Assembly: GCA_944372585.1 (NCBI GenBank)
Contig: CALVZQ010000005.1
Location: forward strand, 37,279-101,278
Reading direction: 5' to 3'
Source of the DNA: an uncultured Clostridia bacterium
GTDB lineage: Bacteria; Bacillota; Clostridia; Christensenellales; UBA1242
DNA: 64,000 nucleotides
Shown here: in pieces, positions 1-10,383 of the stretch
Numbering within the stretch: the first letter of the stretch is position 1
Layout of the letters: the number at the start of each line of letters is the position of its first letter
Position numbers and translations under genes: made by a program
The notes under the pieces: generated by a model
What the model saw: only the letters and a program-made list of their open reading frames with translations
Told to the model about the DNA's origin: nothing
Database searches by the model: none

Positions 1-1902
1 AGACTTCGTCCTGGTATGTATATCGGAACAACAAGTTCAAGGGGATTTCATCATATTTTGTGGGAGATTGTTGACAACGCTATTGATGAAATTTCAAATG
101 GTTATGGCGACACAATCAAAATCACAATAAACAAAGATGGGAGTGCCACTGTTGAAGATAATGGTCGTGGTATCCCTGTTGATATGCATCCAACTCTTCA
201 CAAAAGTGGTGTTGAAGTTGTTTACACAACCTTGCATGCCGGCGGGAAATTCAACAACGAAAACTACAAATTTTCTGGTGGTCTTCATGGTGTTGGTGCA
301 TCAGTCACCAATGCTCTTTCTCGTTGGTGCAAAGTCACAGTAAATAAAGGCGGTAAGAAATATTTTGTTGAGTTCCATTCATACGAAGATGAAAAAGGGA
401 AAATACATAGCGGTGTTCCTGTTGCACCATTAAAAGAAATTGGGACAAGCAACACAACTGGAACTTGTGTGACATTTTTGCCAGATGACAGAGTTTTTGG
501 AAAACAAACATTCAATTTTGAACTTATTTCAAGAAGAGCAAGAGAACTTGCTTTTTTGAACAAAGGATTGAAAATCGTTGTCAATGACGAAGAGACCAAC
601 GAAAATTGTGAATTTCATTTTGAAGGCGGAATCAAAGACTTTGTTTCATATTTGATGGAAGGAAAGAATGCACTTTTCAAAAATCCAATATATTTCTATG
701 CTGAAAGCAAGATTGTTGATTTGGGAGTAAGTTTCATTTCAACTGATTCTTACACTGAAAACACATTTTCTTATGTCAACAACATTCCGACAACTGAAGG
801 CGGTATGCATGAAGTTGGTTTCAAGAGTGCCTTCACCAAGGCTTTCAATGATTTTGCCAGAGCAAACAATATGCTCAAAGACAAAGAACCAAACTTGCTT
901 GGCGAAGACTTCAGAGAGGGGTTGGTTACTGTTATCAATGTCAAAATGAATAATGTTCAGTTTGAAGGGCAGACAAAAACCAAACTTGGAAATCCTGAAG
1001 CAAGGACAGAGGTTGAAAGTTTGTCTTTGCAAGAACTTTCAAAACTGCTTGCTGATAAAAAGAATTTTACTTATGCTGAAATTATTGTGAACAAAGCAAA
1101 ACAAGCGGCAAAGGTTAGACTTGCTGCAAAGAAAGCAAAGGAACTCACAAGAGCGAAGAACAATGCAGAAAACTTCAATTTGGTTGGAAAATTGGCTTCT
1201 TCCACTTCAAGAGACAGAAGTAAGAGCGAACTTTTCATTGTCGAAGGGGACAGTGCGGGCGGTTCTGCAAAACAGGGACGTGACAGAAGATTTCAGGCTA
1301 TTTTGCCACTTCGTGGAAAACCTTTGAATGCAGAAAAGAAGAGAGTTGACCAAGTTTTGGCAAATGAAGAAATCAGAACAATCATTTCTGCTTTGGATAC
1401 AGGTTTTGGAGAAGATTTTGATTTGTCATCGTTGAGATATAACAAAGTCATCATTCTTTCCGATGCGGACCAAGATGGTGCACACATCAGAGCGATTTTG
1501 CTTACTTTCTTCTATCGCTATATGAAACCACTGATTACTGATGGGCATGTTTTCATTGGTCTTCCACCGCTTTATAAGGTGTATAAGAAAGATTATGAAA
1601 AATATGTCTATTCCGACGCTGAACTCGCTGATGCTGTTAAGAGTGCTGGAAAAGGCTATATGATTCAGAGATATAAAGGTCTTGGAGAAATGAATCCAGA
1701 ACAACTTTGGGAGACCACCATGGATCCAGCAAACAGAACTTTGATTCAAGTCACCATTGAAGATGCAGCCGAGGCAGAAAAAATGATTACAACTCTCATG
1801 GGCGATGCGATTGAAGAGAGAAAACAATACATCAGTGAACACGCAAATTTTGACAGAGAAGACACATTCATGAGAGACTATAAGAATGTTAATGCAAATT
1901 GA
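1..1902 (+). CDS. parE: Type IIA topoisomerase B subunit, probably topoisomerase IV ParE; 5' end lies outside the window
   Basis: Frame is open from base 1 (RLRPGMYIG...). GHKL and Toprim motifs present: EIVDNAIDE, GGLHGVGASV, LFIVEGDSAGGSAKQGRDR, ILSDADQDGAHI, YKGLGEMNP. ParE rather than GyrB is inferred only from the partner gene lacking a GyrA box. Confidence 0.75.
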   Translation, partial: RLRPGMYIGTTSSRGFHHILWEIVDNAIDEISNGYGDTIKITINKDGSATVEDNGRGIPVDMHPTLHKSGVEVVYTTLHAGGKFNNENYKFSGGLHGVGASVTNALSRWCKVTVNKGGKKYFVEFHSYEDEKGKIHSGVPVAPLKEIGTSNTTGTCVTFLPDDRVFGKQTFNFELISRRARELAFLNKGLKIVVNDEETNENCEFHFEGGIKDFVSYLMEGKNALFKNPIYFYAESKIVDLGVSFISTDSYTENTFSYVNNIPTTEGGMHEVGFKSAFTKAFNDFARANNMLKDKEPNLLGEDFREGLVTVINVKMNNVQFEGQTKTKLGNPEARTEVESLSLQELSKLLADKKNFTYAEIIVNKAKQAAKVRLAAKKAKELTRAKNNAENFNLVGKLASSTSRDRSKSELFIVEGDSAGGSAKQGRDRRFQAILPLRGKPLNAEKKRVDQVLANEEIRTIISALDTGFGEDFDLSSLRYNKVIILSDADQDGAHIRAILLTFFYRYMKPLITDGHVFIGLPPLYKVYKKDYEKYVYSDAELADAVKSAGKGYMIQRYKGLGEMNPEQLWETTMDPANRTLIQVTIEDAAEAEKMITTLMGDAIEERKQYISEHANFDREDTFMRDYKNVNAN

Positions 1903-1963
1903 TCGATTTTGTGTTCTTATGAAATTTATACAATGAAAAATTTGAAAAAGTTGAGGTTTTAAA

Positions 1964-4774
1964 GTGGATAACAAGCACAAAACTGAAGAAGAGTTTAAAC
2001 CAGTTGTTATTGAACCTATTGAAGGGCAAATGTGTTATGACGAACTTTTGGCTGCACCAAAAGAAGAAGAAAAACAGGAAGAGATCCCTTTGACTTTGGA
2101 GGGACAGTTAGATTTTTGGTCTATGTCTTCAATTCCTCAATCAGAAAAAAAGGAAGATGTTGTGAAAGAAAAAGAAAATTTGATAGAAAAAACAAAGACA
2201 GAGCAAAAAGAAAGAAAAACAACAATCAAATCAGTGACAAAAAATGAAATGAACGTTGAAACCGCTGATGATACTTATGTTGAAAGCATTGAGATGACAA
2301 ACGCGGAGGAAGGTTTGGATTTAGATGAAGAAACTGCTGAAAACAATCAAGGCGGTCATGGTGGAAGCGGTGGTTCCAATGGAAACGGCGGGATTTATGG
2401 TGGCAACGGCATTTTGTTTAAGCCTTTGGAAGAAGTTTTGCATGATTCCATGATTCCTTACACAGAGCACGTTGTTATGGACAGAGCTTTGCCAAGAGTT
2501 GAAGATGGTTTGAAACCTGTTCAGAGAAGAATTTTGTATTCCATGCTCGAACTTGGACTTACTCCAGACAAACCATACAGAAAATCGGCAAGAATTGTCG
2601 GTGATTGCATGGGTAAATATCACCCTCATGGTGACAGTTCTGTTTATGACGCAATGGTTCGTATGTCACAAGACTTTGTTCTTCGAGCTCCACTTGTTGA
2701 CGGACATGGAAACTTTGGTTCGGTTGATGGCGACAGCGCTGCGGCCATGCGTTACACAGAAGCAAGAATGACTCCACTTGCCATGGAACTTTTGAGAGAT
2801 TTGGAAAAGGACACAGTGCGTTGGGGGTTGAACTTTGATGACACATTGAAAGAACCTGATGTTTTGCCAGGAAGATTTCCAAACCTTTTGGTCAATGGTG
2901 CAACTGGAATTGCTGTTGGTGTGGCAACAAACATTCCACCTCACAATTTGGGAGAAGTTATTGATGGTGTTGTTGCATATATTGAGAATCCAAACATCAC
3001 TCTTGACCAAATGATGAAAATAATCAAAGGTCCTGATTTCCCTACTGGGGGAGAATTGATTTATGGAGATGGACTTAAAAGTGCATACGAAACTGGCAAA
3101 GGGAAAATCATTCTTCGCGCCAAAGTTGGAATTGAGCAAAATGGTGACAAACAAAGTCTTGTTATCACTGAACTTCCATACCAAGTAAACAAAGCACAAT
3201 TGCTTCAGAAGATTGCCGAACTTAAGGACAAAAACAAAGACAAATTGTCAGTTATCAGTGAAATTCGTGATGAAAGTGACAGGAATGGTATGCGTGCTGT
3301 CATTCGATTGAAGAAAGAGGCAAATGCAAAGAAAATTTTGGGATTTCTGTTCCAATCCACCAATATGCAGATTTCTTATGGCATCAATATGGTGGCAATT
3401 GCTGGCGGAAAACCAAAGCTTATGGGGCTTTTGGACATCATTTCATATTACACCGCTTTCCAGAGAGATGTGATTGTCAGAAGAACAAAGTTTGACCTTA
3501 ATGTTGCAAAAGATAGGGCTCACATTGTTGAAGGACTTTTGATTGCAATCAAAAACATTGATGCAGTTATTAAAATTATCAAGACTTCCGCAAATGTTGG
3601 TGAAGCAAAACAAAGATTGCGTGCAAAGTTTGCTCTTTCAGAAAAACAGGCACAAGCGATTCTGGATATGAGACTTGCTCGTTTGGTTAATTTGGAAGTT
3701 ACAAAACTTCAAGCAGAACTTGCAGAACTAAAGGCAAAAATCAAAGAGTTGGAAGCGATTTTGAACTCTAAGAAATTGCAACTTGAAGTTGTTAAGAAAG
3801 AAATTTTGGAAATTAAGAAAAAATTTAATTCTCCAAGACGTTCTCATGAGCTTAAAAGTGAAGAAATCAAACTTACAAAAATTGAAGAAATGGAAGACAC
3901 AAAAGATTATTTGATTGCTCTTTCTGCTGGAAAAACATTGAAGAAAGTTAGCATGAAGAACTATTCAAAATCTTTGAAAACACTTTCAGACACTTCCACT
4001 TTGTTTGACATTCACACAAGTCTTTTGGAAGTTAAAGCGACAGACACAGTGCTCATTTTCACAGACAGAGGAAATTGTGTCAAAGCAGTGGTTGACAAAT
4101 TGCCAGAATGCAAGTGGAGAGAGAAAGGTATTCCTCTTAAGCAACTTGACAAATCAATTGACATCATGGAAACTCCGGTTGCCGTTTTGAAAGTTGAGGG
4201 CGATGGGGAAGTTGTATTCTTCTCGCAGAAAGGAATGGTTAAACGCAGCTCAGAGAAAGATTTGGTTGTTTCAAAAACTTATTACCAAGTGATGAAAATT
4301 TCTGACGATGACAAACTTTTGAATGTTGAACACGAAATCAAGGGCAAGACATTTGTCATGCTCAGCAAAAATGGGTATTGTGTCAACTTTGAAAAGAATG
4401 AAGTGCCATTGCAAGGCAGGGTTTCTGGTGGGGTGAAAGGAATCAATCTTGAGGACAAAGATTTGGTTGTTTTTGCTGGACAAAACTTGAGTGATGACTA
4501 TTTGATTGTGACCAACAATGGTTATGTAAAACGATTGAATGCTTTGCAAATTCCTATTTCTGCAAGATATAGAAAAGGTGTGAAATACATCAATTTTGCT
4601 CAAAATGGAAAATCTGTTGCCTATGTTGGAACAAAACCAAAAGCAGTTGTTGACCATGGATTGAAATTCACATTATTAGACAATAAGAAATTCAAAGTTT
4701 CAACTGACAGATTAAGTCCTGGGCAGGAAGAAATAAAGAAGAAATTTTTGGGAGTTTATGACTTTACAGACTAA
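1964..4774 (+). CDS. parC: Type IIA topoisomerase A subunit, probably topoisomerase IV ParC, with a ~150-aa non-homologous N-terminal extension
   Basis: GTG start preceded by GAGG. Core motifs [34 protein letters not shown]. The C-terminal beta-pinwheel region shows no QRRGGKG-type GyrA box ([10 protein letters not shown] at that place). It follows the B subunit gene directly. Confidence 0.75.
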   Translation: MDNKHKTEEEFKPVVIEPIEGQMCYDELLAAPKEEEKQEEIPLTLEGQLDFWSMSSIPQSEKKEDVVKEKENLIEKTKTEQKERKTTIKSVTKNEMNVETADDTYVESIEMTNAEEGLDLDEETAENNQGGHGGSGGSNGNGGIYGGNGILFKPLEEVLHDSMIPYTEHVVMDRALPRVEDGLKPVQRRILYSMLELGLTPDKPYRKSARIVGDCMGKYHPHGDSSVYDAMVRMSQDFVLRAPLVDGHGNFGSVDGDSAAAMRYTEARMTPLAMELLRDLEKDTVRWGLNFDDTLKEPDVLPGRFPNLLVNGATGIAVGVATNIPPHNLGEVIDGVVAYIENPNITLDQMMKIIKGPDFPTGGELIYGDGLKSAYETGKGKIILRAKVGIEQNGDKQSLVITELPYQVNKAQLLQKIAELKDKNKDKLSVISEIRDESDRNGMRAVIRLKKEANAKKILGFLFQSTNMQISYGINMVAIAGGKPKLMGLLDIISYYTAFQRDVIVRRTKFDLNVAKDRAHIVEGLLIAIKNIDAVIKIIKTSANVGEAKQRLRAKFALSEKQAQAILDMRLARLVNLEVTKLQAELAELKAKIKELEAILNSKKLQLEVVKKEILEIKKKFNSPRRSHELKSEEIKLTKIEEMEDTKDYLIALSAGKTLKKVSMKNYSKSLKTLSDTSTLFDIHTSLLEVKATDTVLIFTDRGNCVKAVVDKLPECKWREKGIPLKQLDKSIDIMETPVAVLKVEGDGEVVFFSQKGMVKRSSEKDLVVSKTYYQVMKISDDDKLLNVEHEIKGKTFVMLSKNGYCVNFEKNEVPLQGRVSGGVKGINLEDKDLVVFAGQNLSDDYLIVTNNGYVKRLNALQIPISARYRKGVKYINFAQNGKSVAYVGTKPKAVVDHGLKFTLLDNKKFKVSTDRLSPGQEEIKKKFLGVYDFTD

Positions 4775-4803
4775 AAATTGGACTACGAAAATGTCCAATT
4801 TTT
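4774..4803 (+). terminator. Rho-independent terminator after parC
   Basis: AAAATTGGAC / GTCCAATTTT 10-bp stem with a 9-nt loop, running into a T tract; overlaps the stop codon. Confidence 0.7.
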
Positions 4804-4924
4804 CTTATTTCGATCATTTTGTAATTTTGCACTTCGAGAAATTTTATGAGATCTTTCTGCTGCGTTTATGTGACATTATGTTTTTTTGATTATGCCGCCT
4901 TTGTTTAGAATGATTATAAACAAG

Positions 4925-5025
4925 TTTTCTGCGTCGCACTCACTTTTGCAAGCAAGTTCGTGCCTCCTTGAAATAATAAAAAAATTTGTCAAAATGTTTT
5001 GTGTTTTTGTCGTTTTTTGTTTATA
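4925..5025 (+). repeat. Direct repeat copy 1 (~101 bp), distal copy of a promoter-bearing unit
   Basis: Nearly identical to 5093..5194 (two substitutions and one 1-nt indel by eye). Begins TTTTCTGCGTCGCACTCACTTTTGCAAGCAAGTTCGTGCCTCCTTGAAATAAT. Ends in TATATC where copy 2 has TATAAT. Confidence 0.9.
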
Positions 5026-5092
5026 TCACAAACAAATTTTCTTACGAAAAAATCATTTCATGATTCAAAACTTCGTTTTTTTTGTTTGTGAT
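5025..5092 (+). promoter_or_regulatory. Hairpin-forming inverted repeat between the two repeat copies
   Basis: Perfect 12-bp arms ATCACAAACAAA (5025-5036) and TTTGTTTGTGAT (5081-5092) enclose a second small palindrome AATCAT-TTC-ATGATT. Followed by TTTTCT. Confidence 0.6.
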
Positions 5093-5194
5093 TTTTCTGC
5101 GTCGCACTCACTTTTGCAAGCAAGTTCGTGCCTCCTTGAAATAATATAAAAATTTTGTCAAAATGCTTTGTGTTTTTGTCGTTTTTTGTTTATA
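5093..5194 (+). repeat. Direct repeat copy 2 (~102 bp), proximal copy carrying the likely active promoter
   Basis: See copy 1; the repeat period is 168 bp. Confidence 0.9.
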
Positions 5195-5196
5195 AT
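5168..5196 (+). promoter_or_regulatory. Sigma-A-type promoter of the giant lipoprotein gene (TTGTGT-17 nt-TATAAT)
   Basis: -35-like TTGTGT at 5168-5173, 17-nt spacer, consensus TATAAT at 5191-5196. The ATG at 5203 lies exactly 6 nt after the -10 box and has no Shine-Dalgarno sequence. Confidence 0.5.
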
Positions 5197-5202
5197 ATAA
5201 CT

Positions 5203-8200
5203 ATGAAAAGAATTCTTTTGGGACTGTTCGCTGTGTTTATGTCGTTGGGACTGGCATGTGGCAGTGTTTTTATCATTGATTCATCAATCAAAACACCAAC
5301 AGAAAATGTGAATACGGAAATAGATGAAGGAGAAGATAAAGAAATCTCTGCAAACACAAATGGATATTGGGATGATAATATCGGTGTCAATTGGATCGGA
5401 GAAGTTAGAAATGGAATTCTTTATTATTATGTTGATAACGCGCAACAACTTGCAAGGTTGGCATACTATGTCAATAACAATAATTATTATGAATATAATG
5501 GGACTCGTTATTACCTTAGAGATGCTTATGTAGAGCTACGTCGTGACATTGATTTGTCAGCACATTATTGGATACCAATTGGAAATTCTTACGACAGAAG
5601 TTTTACTGGAAATTTTGATGGAAATGGTTACACGATTTCTGGGATATATATAGATTCTTATGGGCTTTCCGAAATATGCAGCACTTATAATGATGGGACA
5701 TCAACATTTACTGAACCATCTTCAAATGACCAATATATTGATCAAATTGCGATTGGACTGTTTGGTTATGCAAATGGTGCAATAATAGGTGATTTTAATA
5801 TAACCGGAAGTCGGTATTCGTTGGAGTTTCAAGAAAATTCTCTTTTAAGTTTAACTGTAAATGTTGGCTCTGTTGTTGGATTGTTGATGGGCGGACAGGT
5901 TGCAGAGGTTGAAAGTGATTGTGACATATATATTGAAGATAGTACAAATACAAATGTTGCAACTTTTAATTATGTTCCCACTTGGGCAATTGGAGGGATT
6001 GTTGGAAAGGCTTTATCGAATAATGATATAAGCTATTGCTTTCATTCAGGACAGATTGAGCTTCGTTCACCCCATATGTTTACAGGTATGGTTAGTGTCG
6101 GAGGCATTGTTGGATATACAACAAATCAGGTCTCACATTGCTCAGCAACTTCTTCATTTTACACAACTTCTCATGCCGAAGTATCAAACATTGGAGGCAT
6201 AGTGGGACTTCTTTGTATTTCTGCTAATGCCGTTGTCTCTATTCGTGACAATGTTTTTAATGGGAATTTTCCAAGCGGTGGAAGTTTTCCTGAGGGTTGG
6301 ACGATATCATCAAATGGTGCAGGTACCTTGGGAGGTATCGTAGGGTGTATTACAACCACTGGTGATATAATGGACAGAGGTTACAGAGTCAATGTTCATG
6401 AGTGTGTGAACTATGCCGATCTTTCTTGTGTAGGGGCTGCTACATCGGTTGGTGGAATCGTAGGTTCAAGTTATGGATACAGCACAACTGATTCTAATTC
6501 TCTTGATGTCAGGATTTTTTCTTGTGCAAACTTTGGCAATCTAAACATTGTTAAATGTTATGAAGGCTATCTTTACACATATCCAAGTTTTTCTGTTAAA
6601 CGTGGAATTGGTGGAATAATTGGTGTAAGTGGCGGCGGGATTTATGTCTATGACACTGCAAACTATGGAAATATCACATGTTCTGCAGATGGTTCAAATA
6701 CTTATTGGAATGTTGGTGGAATAATTGGTGCAATTGCCCGTTATGGTTTCATAACTGCCTGCATTAACCATGGAAGAATACAAGCCAATGGTGGACAAGG
6801 TGTGGGCGGAATCGTCGGAGTTTCTCAAATTATTGGTGGTTCAACTTTTGAATCTTATATCACAAATTGTATAAATTACAGCGGGGTTACAGCCTCTCAA
6901 AACTATGGACAAATAGTAGGTAATAGAAAGTATAGAGGTTGCACCACTGCATATTGTTTTTATAACAATAAAAATAAAGGTTATAGTGGAAGTTACAGTA
7001 ATTTAGTAGGTGGCTATACATATATAAATGGAGCTAGTCGAACTTATTCATATTTAAGAACAGATGTATTTGATTATTGTAATGATACAACCTCTGTAAC
7101 ATTTCAAGAAAATGATTATAGTCCTACTTACAGCTATTCTTCCAAAACCTTTTCCTATTCAACAGAATATAATGACCGTTCATATTCATGGTTGATGTCA
7201 CCACTTGTTTATTATTATTATTCAAGTGCAGAAAGAAATTCCAGGGATTTGACAGGTGTTAACATAATGGTTCCAATGGCTGCTGCGGAGGATGCACGAG
7301 TCCTTCTTCAATGGAACAAAAGAGAAGGTGATTACACAACAAGTTATTCTTCCGATATTGCAGAAATTAGTTATCTTTCTTATGATGAAGATTTAAATAT
7401 GTGTGTTTGGAAAAGCATAGACAGTCAATATCAATATTTTCCATATCTAAAGGGTGCAAATTACACGGTAGGAGGCAGAGCAGAATATTTGTTTAAGGTC
7501 GAATATGTAGATAAACATTGGGAGTCTCCAAGTGTGGCAATATATCATCCATATTCGAGCACTATAAGTTCTTGGCCTAATTTCGAGATCAATAGGGACA
7601 GAAACAGCGGAATCAACACAATAAGTAATGTTGTGTTTATGGAATTTGCAAATTATTATTATGGAACATCTACCAGTCAATTGACTTTCAGAGTGCAACT
7701 TTCAAGTATTCCTCAAGAGATTGTTGTTGAGTCATATATTTTGGAAACTTACAATGGTTACAGGGCCGAGAAATCTGATGATGGTGGAAATTCAGAAATT
7801 ATTTATGAAGTGGAAGATATGGCTTGGTATCATGACAGTGTACAAATTTCGGCAGTTCCAAATCTTGGTTATGCAGTCAAACAGATTTCAATGATAAGAG
7901 AGAGCGCAGTTGACGAGACTGATGAAATTTTCTATCAAACAGTTTCTGGTTCGGAAGCGACTTCTTATGGAAGCACAGGGTCTCAAGGCGATGAATATAT
8001 TTATGACTTTTTTGATGGTTTTGATGTCTATTATGTGCCGATTGTTTACAACTATCAAGTCATTTATGATTGGGAGGGTGCTCCACCTCCAAGATATGAT
8101 GTGATCAGCATGCTAGACCGATCTTCAAACAGCACAATAAGAAAATCACTGGCATTTGACTTTGATGATGCAACCGTCAAAGATGCAAGCACATATTATG

Positions 8201-10194
8201 ACCTTGAATATGGATATGCTTATGATTTTTACCTTGTTGAAGAAGAGGGCGATCCACTCACTTCAGACAAACTGATTAAGACGTTCGATAGCTTGACATC
8301 ATCGGCACCTGTTGAATTGACATCTGAAGAACTGTTGGAAGGATTGGACAAGCTTACTGATCCTATCAATAAAACTGAGTTTACCGTTTATGTGGTTAGG
8401 CGCTGGAATTCTCCTCCTCCAATCTTCTACATTTATAATGTCATTAACAACTATGAGGACACAGATTATTACAACATAGTTGAATTAGACAATTTCCAAT
8501 CTTTGATTTTTGGTGACTTGTCTGCAAATGAATATTATCAATTATACGGTTCAAACATGCCATCATATGAAGATGATTATCTTGCCTATCTCATCAATAC
8601 TGAAACGGGGACAGTAAACCCTGATGACAGGTATGTGGTGTATTATGATGATATGGTGCAAAGTTTCGTTTTGGAGGGATTTACATTCATTTACACCCCT
8701 CAGCTTGTTCAGAGCAACCTGTTCCAAATTCAAGGTATGACTGTTTTGGATCTTATTAAGACTTATCGGGAGTATATTGATTTTGGCGGAGATTATATGG
8801 TCATATATGCATATAGCACATTGCAAACATATGATTTTTCTGGTGATGCAAACATGAATATTGGAGCGACTTTGAGAGCAACCAGCAAGGAAAACACTTC
8901 AACAACTTTGAACTTCTCAAATGTAAACAAAGTTCATTATTTTGCTCCAGTGACTGTCAGTGTTTCATATGTCCCAATTGGATACGATTTTGTAGGTTGG
9001 TATGCAAATAACAATCTTTTGTCGCTAGATGAAAGTTACACGTTCATTAACGATAGAATGGTTGGCGGTTCGGATAGTCTGACTGTCACAGCAAGGTTTG
9101 TTAGTTACGATACCGTGTCTTCGTCTTATTCAGCAAATTCAAGCAGACAGGTTTACTCTATAAGTTCTGCACAAGATTTGATTTGGTTGAGTCAGCAAGT
9201 GGCAAGTGGAAACACTTTTGATGGTGTAACATTCAATCAGACCGTCGACATTAATATGTCTGGTATTATCTTTAATCCTATTGGTTCGCCTGAAACGCCA
9301 TTTAGGGGCATTTACAACGGAAAGAACTATATCATTAAAAACTTGAATTTAAACACCTATAGCTACAACTTGTCATATCGCGGTTTGTTTGGATATGTTG
9401 ATGGTGCAACAATAAAGAATTTGACCCTTAAAGGTGAAATTTACGCAAGTTATGTGATTAAAGGATATTCTTACTTGGGCAGTTTTGTGGGCTATGCTAA
9501 GAACTCAACTTTCGTTAATTTGAACAATTACAACTATGATATTGAGGCACAGGATATAAATTATTCTTCAAGTTCAAAACCTGTTGTGATTGATTTCTTC
9601 TATGATATTTATGGCAATCAAGCATTGAAACATCTGACTAGTGATGTAAGTTTGGAAGAATATGACGCAAGAATGGGACACGGAGGATTGATTGGTTATG
9701 CTGAAAATTGTTCTTTGTTTGCTTGTTCAAGTCAAAGTTATGTTCGTGGAGTTGAATATGTGGGCGGTCTCGTTGGAGGAAGCTTGAATAGTTCAATTGA
9801 ACAATCTTACGCAATTGGGTCGGTTAATGCTTGCAGGGTTGAATATGATCAAGAATCCAGTGGTGTTTTTGCTAGAGACGAGAATGGAAATTTTGTATTA
9901 AGTTCAAATTCTTATTATTTCTCGCTTCTTGATGGAAGCAATGGAACACATATTTTGCGCTCTTGGGGATTGTCTAGAAACAGTTGGACAGATGGCATAA
10001 GATCTGATTTGATCGGAACCATTGTTGCTGGCGATGACAGTGGAACGTCTGTTGTTGATTGTTTCTGGTCTCAAACAGGGCACAATACCGAACTTGTTGG
10101 CGATATTTCATATTCAACAGGAACAATTTTGGATCCTGACGTTTGGGTGACAGTGAATGGAAAAACAAGATTGAAAGTGTTCTATTGGGCATAA
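5203..10194 (+). CDS. Giant (~1660 aa) surface lipoprotein with GLUG-motif repeats
   Basis: In-frame ATG inside the listed ORF 5155..10194. MKRILLGLFAVFMSLGLAC is a signal peptide with a lipobox-like LGLAC. Two blocks contain many (I/V)GG(I/L)VG motifs (IGGIVGK, VGGIVGY, VGGLVGG...). Each block opens with an 'AQQLARLAYYVNN...FTGNFDGNGYTISGIYI' or 'AQDLIWLSQQV...PFRGIYNGKNYIIKNLNL' module. A GYDFVGWY Listeria-Bacteroides-type repeat is also present. Confidence 0.7.
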   Translation: MKRILLGLFAVFMSLGLACGSVFIIDSSIKTPTENVNTEIDEGEDKEISANTNGYWDDNIGVNWIGEVRNGILYYYVDNAQQLARLAYYVNNNNYYEYNGTRYYLRDAYVELRRDIDLSAHYWIPIGNSYDRSFTGNFDGNGYTISGIYIDSYGLSEICSTYNDGTSTFTEPSSNDQYIDQIAIGLFGYANGAIIGDFNITGSRYSLEFQENSLLSLTVNVGSVVGLLMGGQVAEVESDCDIYIEDSTNTNVATFNYVPTWAIGGIVGKALSNNDISYCFHSGQIELRSPHMFTGMVSVGGIVGYTTNQVSHCSATSSFYTTSHAEVSNIGGIVGLLCISANAVVSIRDNVFNGNFPSGGSFPEGWTISSNGAGTLGGIVGCITTTGDIMDRGYRVNVHECVNYADLSCVGAATSVGGIVGSSYGYSTTDSNSLDVRIFSCANFGNLNIVKCYEGYLYTYPSFSVKRGIGGIIGVSGGGIYVYDTANYGNITCSADGSNTYWNVGGIIGAIARYGFITACINHGRIQANGGQGVGGIVGVSQIIGGSTFESYITNCINYSGVTASQNYGQIVGNRKYRGCTTAYCFYNNKNKGYSGSYSNLVGGYTYINGASRTYSYLRTDVFDYCNDTTSVTFQENDYSPTYSYSSKTFSYSTEYNDRSYSWLMSPLVYYYYSSAERNSRDLTGVNIMVPMAAAEDARVLLQWNKREGDYTTSYSSDIAEISYLSYDEDLNMCVWKSIDSQYQYFPYLKGANYTVGGRAEYLFKVEYVDKHWESPSVAIYHPYSSTISSWPNFEINRDRNSGINTISNVVFMEFANYYYGTSTSQLTFRVQLSSIPQEIVVESYILETYNGYRAEKSDDGGNSEIIYEVEDMAWYHDSVQISAVPNLGYAVKQISMIRESAVDETDEIFYQTVSGSEATSYGSTGSQGDEYIYDFFDGFDVYYVPIVYNYQVIYDWEGAPPPRYDVISMLDRSSNSTIRKSLAFDFDDATVKDASTYYDLEYGYAYDFYLVEEEGDPLTSDKLIKTFDSLTSSAPVELTSEELLEGLDKLTDPINKTEFTVYVVRRWNSPPPIFYIYNVINNYEDTDYYNIVELDNFQSLIFGDLSANEYYQLYGSNMPSYEDDYLAYLINTETGTVNPDDRYVVYYDDMVQSFVLEGFTFIYTPQLVQSNLFQIQGMTVLDLIKTYREYIDFGGDYMVIYAYSTLQTYDFSGDANMNIGATLRATSKENTSTTLNFSNVNKVHYFAPVTVSVSYVPIGYDFVGWYANNNLLSLDESYTFINDRMVGGSDSLTVTARFVSYDTVSSSYSANSSRQVYSISSAQDLIWLSQQVASGNTFDGVTFNQTVDINMSGIIFNPIGSPETPFRGIYNGKNYIIKNLNLNTYSYNLSYRGLFGYVDGATIKNLTLKGEIYASYVIKGYSYLGSFVGYAKNSTFVNLNNYNYDIEAQDINYSSSSKPVVIDFFYDIYGNQALKHLTSDVSLEEYDARMGHGGLIGYAENCSLFACSSQSYVRGVEYVGGLVGGSLNSSIEQSYAIGSVNACRVEYDQESSGVFARDENGNFVLSSNSYYFSLLDGSNGTHILRSWGLSRNSWTDGIRSDLIGTIVAGDDSGTSVVDCFWSQTGHNTELVGDISYSTGTILDPDVWVTVNGKTRLKVFYWA

Positions 10195-10206
10195 ATATCA
10201 AAAATT

Positions 10207-10232
10207 AAAAGACCGAAAAATCGGTCTTTTTT
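10207..10232 (+). terminator. Rho-independent terminator
   Basis: AAAAGACCGA-AAAA-TCGGTCTTTT followed by T residues. Confidence 0.85.
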
Positions 10233-10383
10233 ATTGTCTTTTGTTCTAAGATTGGAGAAAGTTTTATATAGATATTATATGTTTGTTTAATTCGACATTT
10301 CAGGACAAATTTTGCTCATTAATCACAAAATAAGCCTTGTCGAAAATATGGAAGAAGTTTAAAATAAAAGTGAGGTTTGAATA

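Noticed and set aside
1-4774. Calling the topoisomerase pair gyrB-gyrA
   Set aside because: The A subunit has no recognisable GyrA box at the start of its C-terminal domain, and that domain is short. I therefore prefer parE-parC, but the call remains uncertain without phylogeny or the upstream context.
5025-5092. Invertible-promoter (inverton) reading of the 12-bp inverted repeat
   Set aside because: The arms enclose only 44 bp with no promoter-like hexamers, and no recombinase gene is nearby. A transcript hairpin or terminator is the simpler reading.
4925-5145. Minus-strand mini-ORFs (13 and 21 codons) behind the AAGGAGG-7 nt-TTG present in each repeat copy
   Set aside because: The SD-like sequence is striking, but the start would be TTG. 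The two peptides share only the 10 residues encoded inside the repeat and diverge immediately outside it. I kept this as a note inside the repeat finding and did not call a gene.
4886-5149. Listed 87-aa ORF spanning the intergenic repeats
   Set aside because: Its sequence is just the two repeat copies read through (FSASHSLLQASSCLLEII occurs twice). It has no RBS and lies in a promoter/terminator region, so it is an artefact of the duplication.
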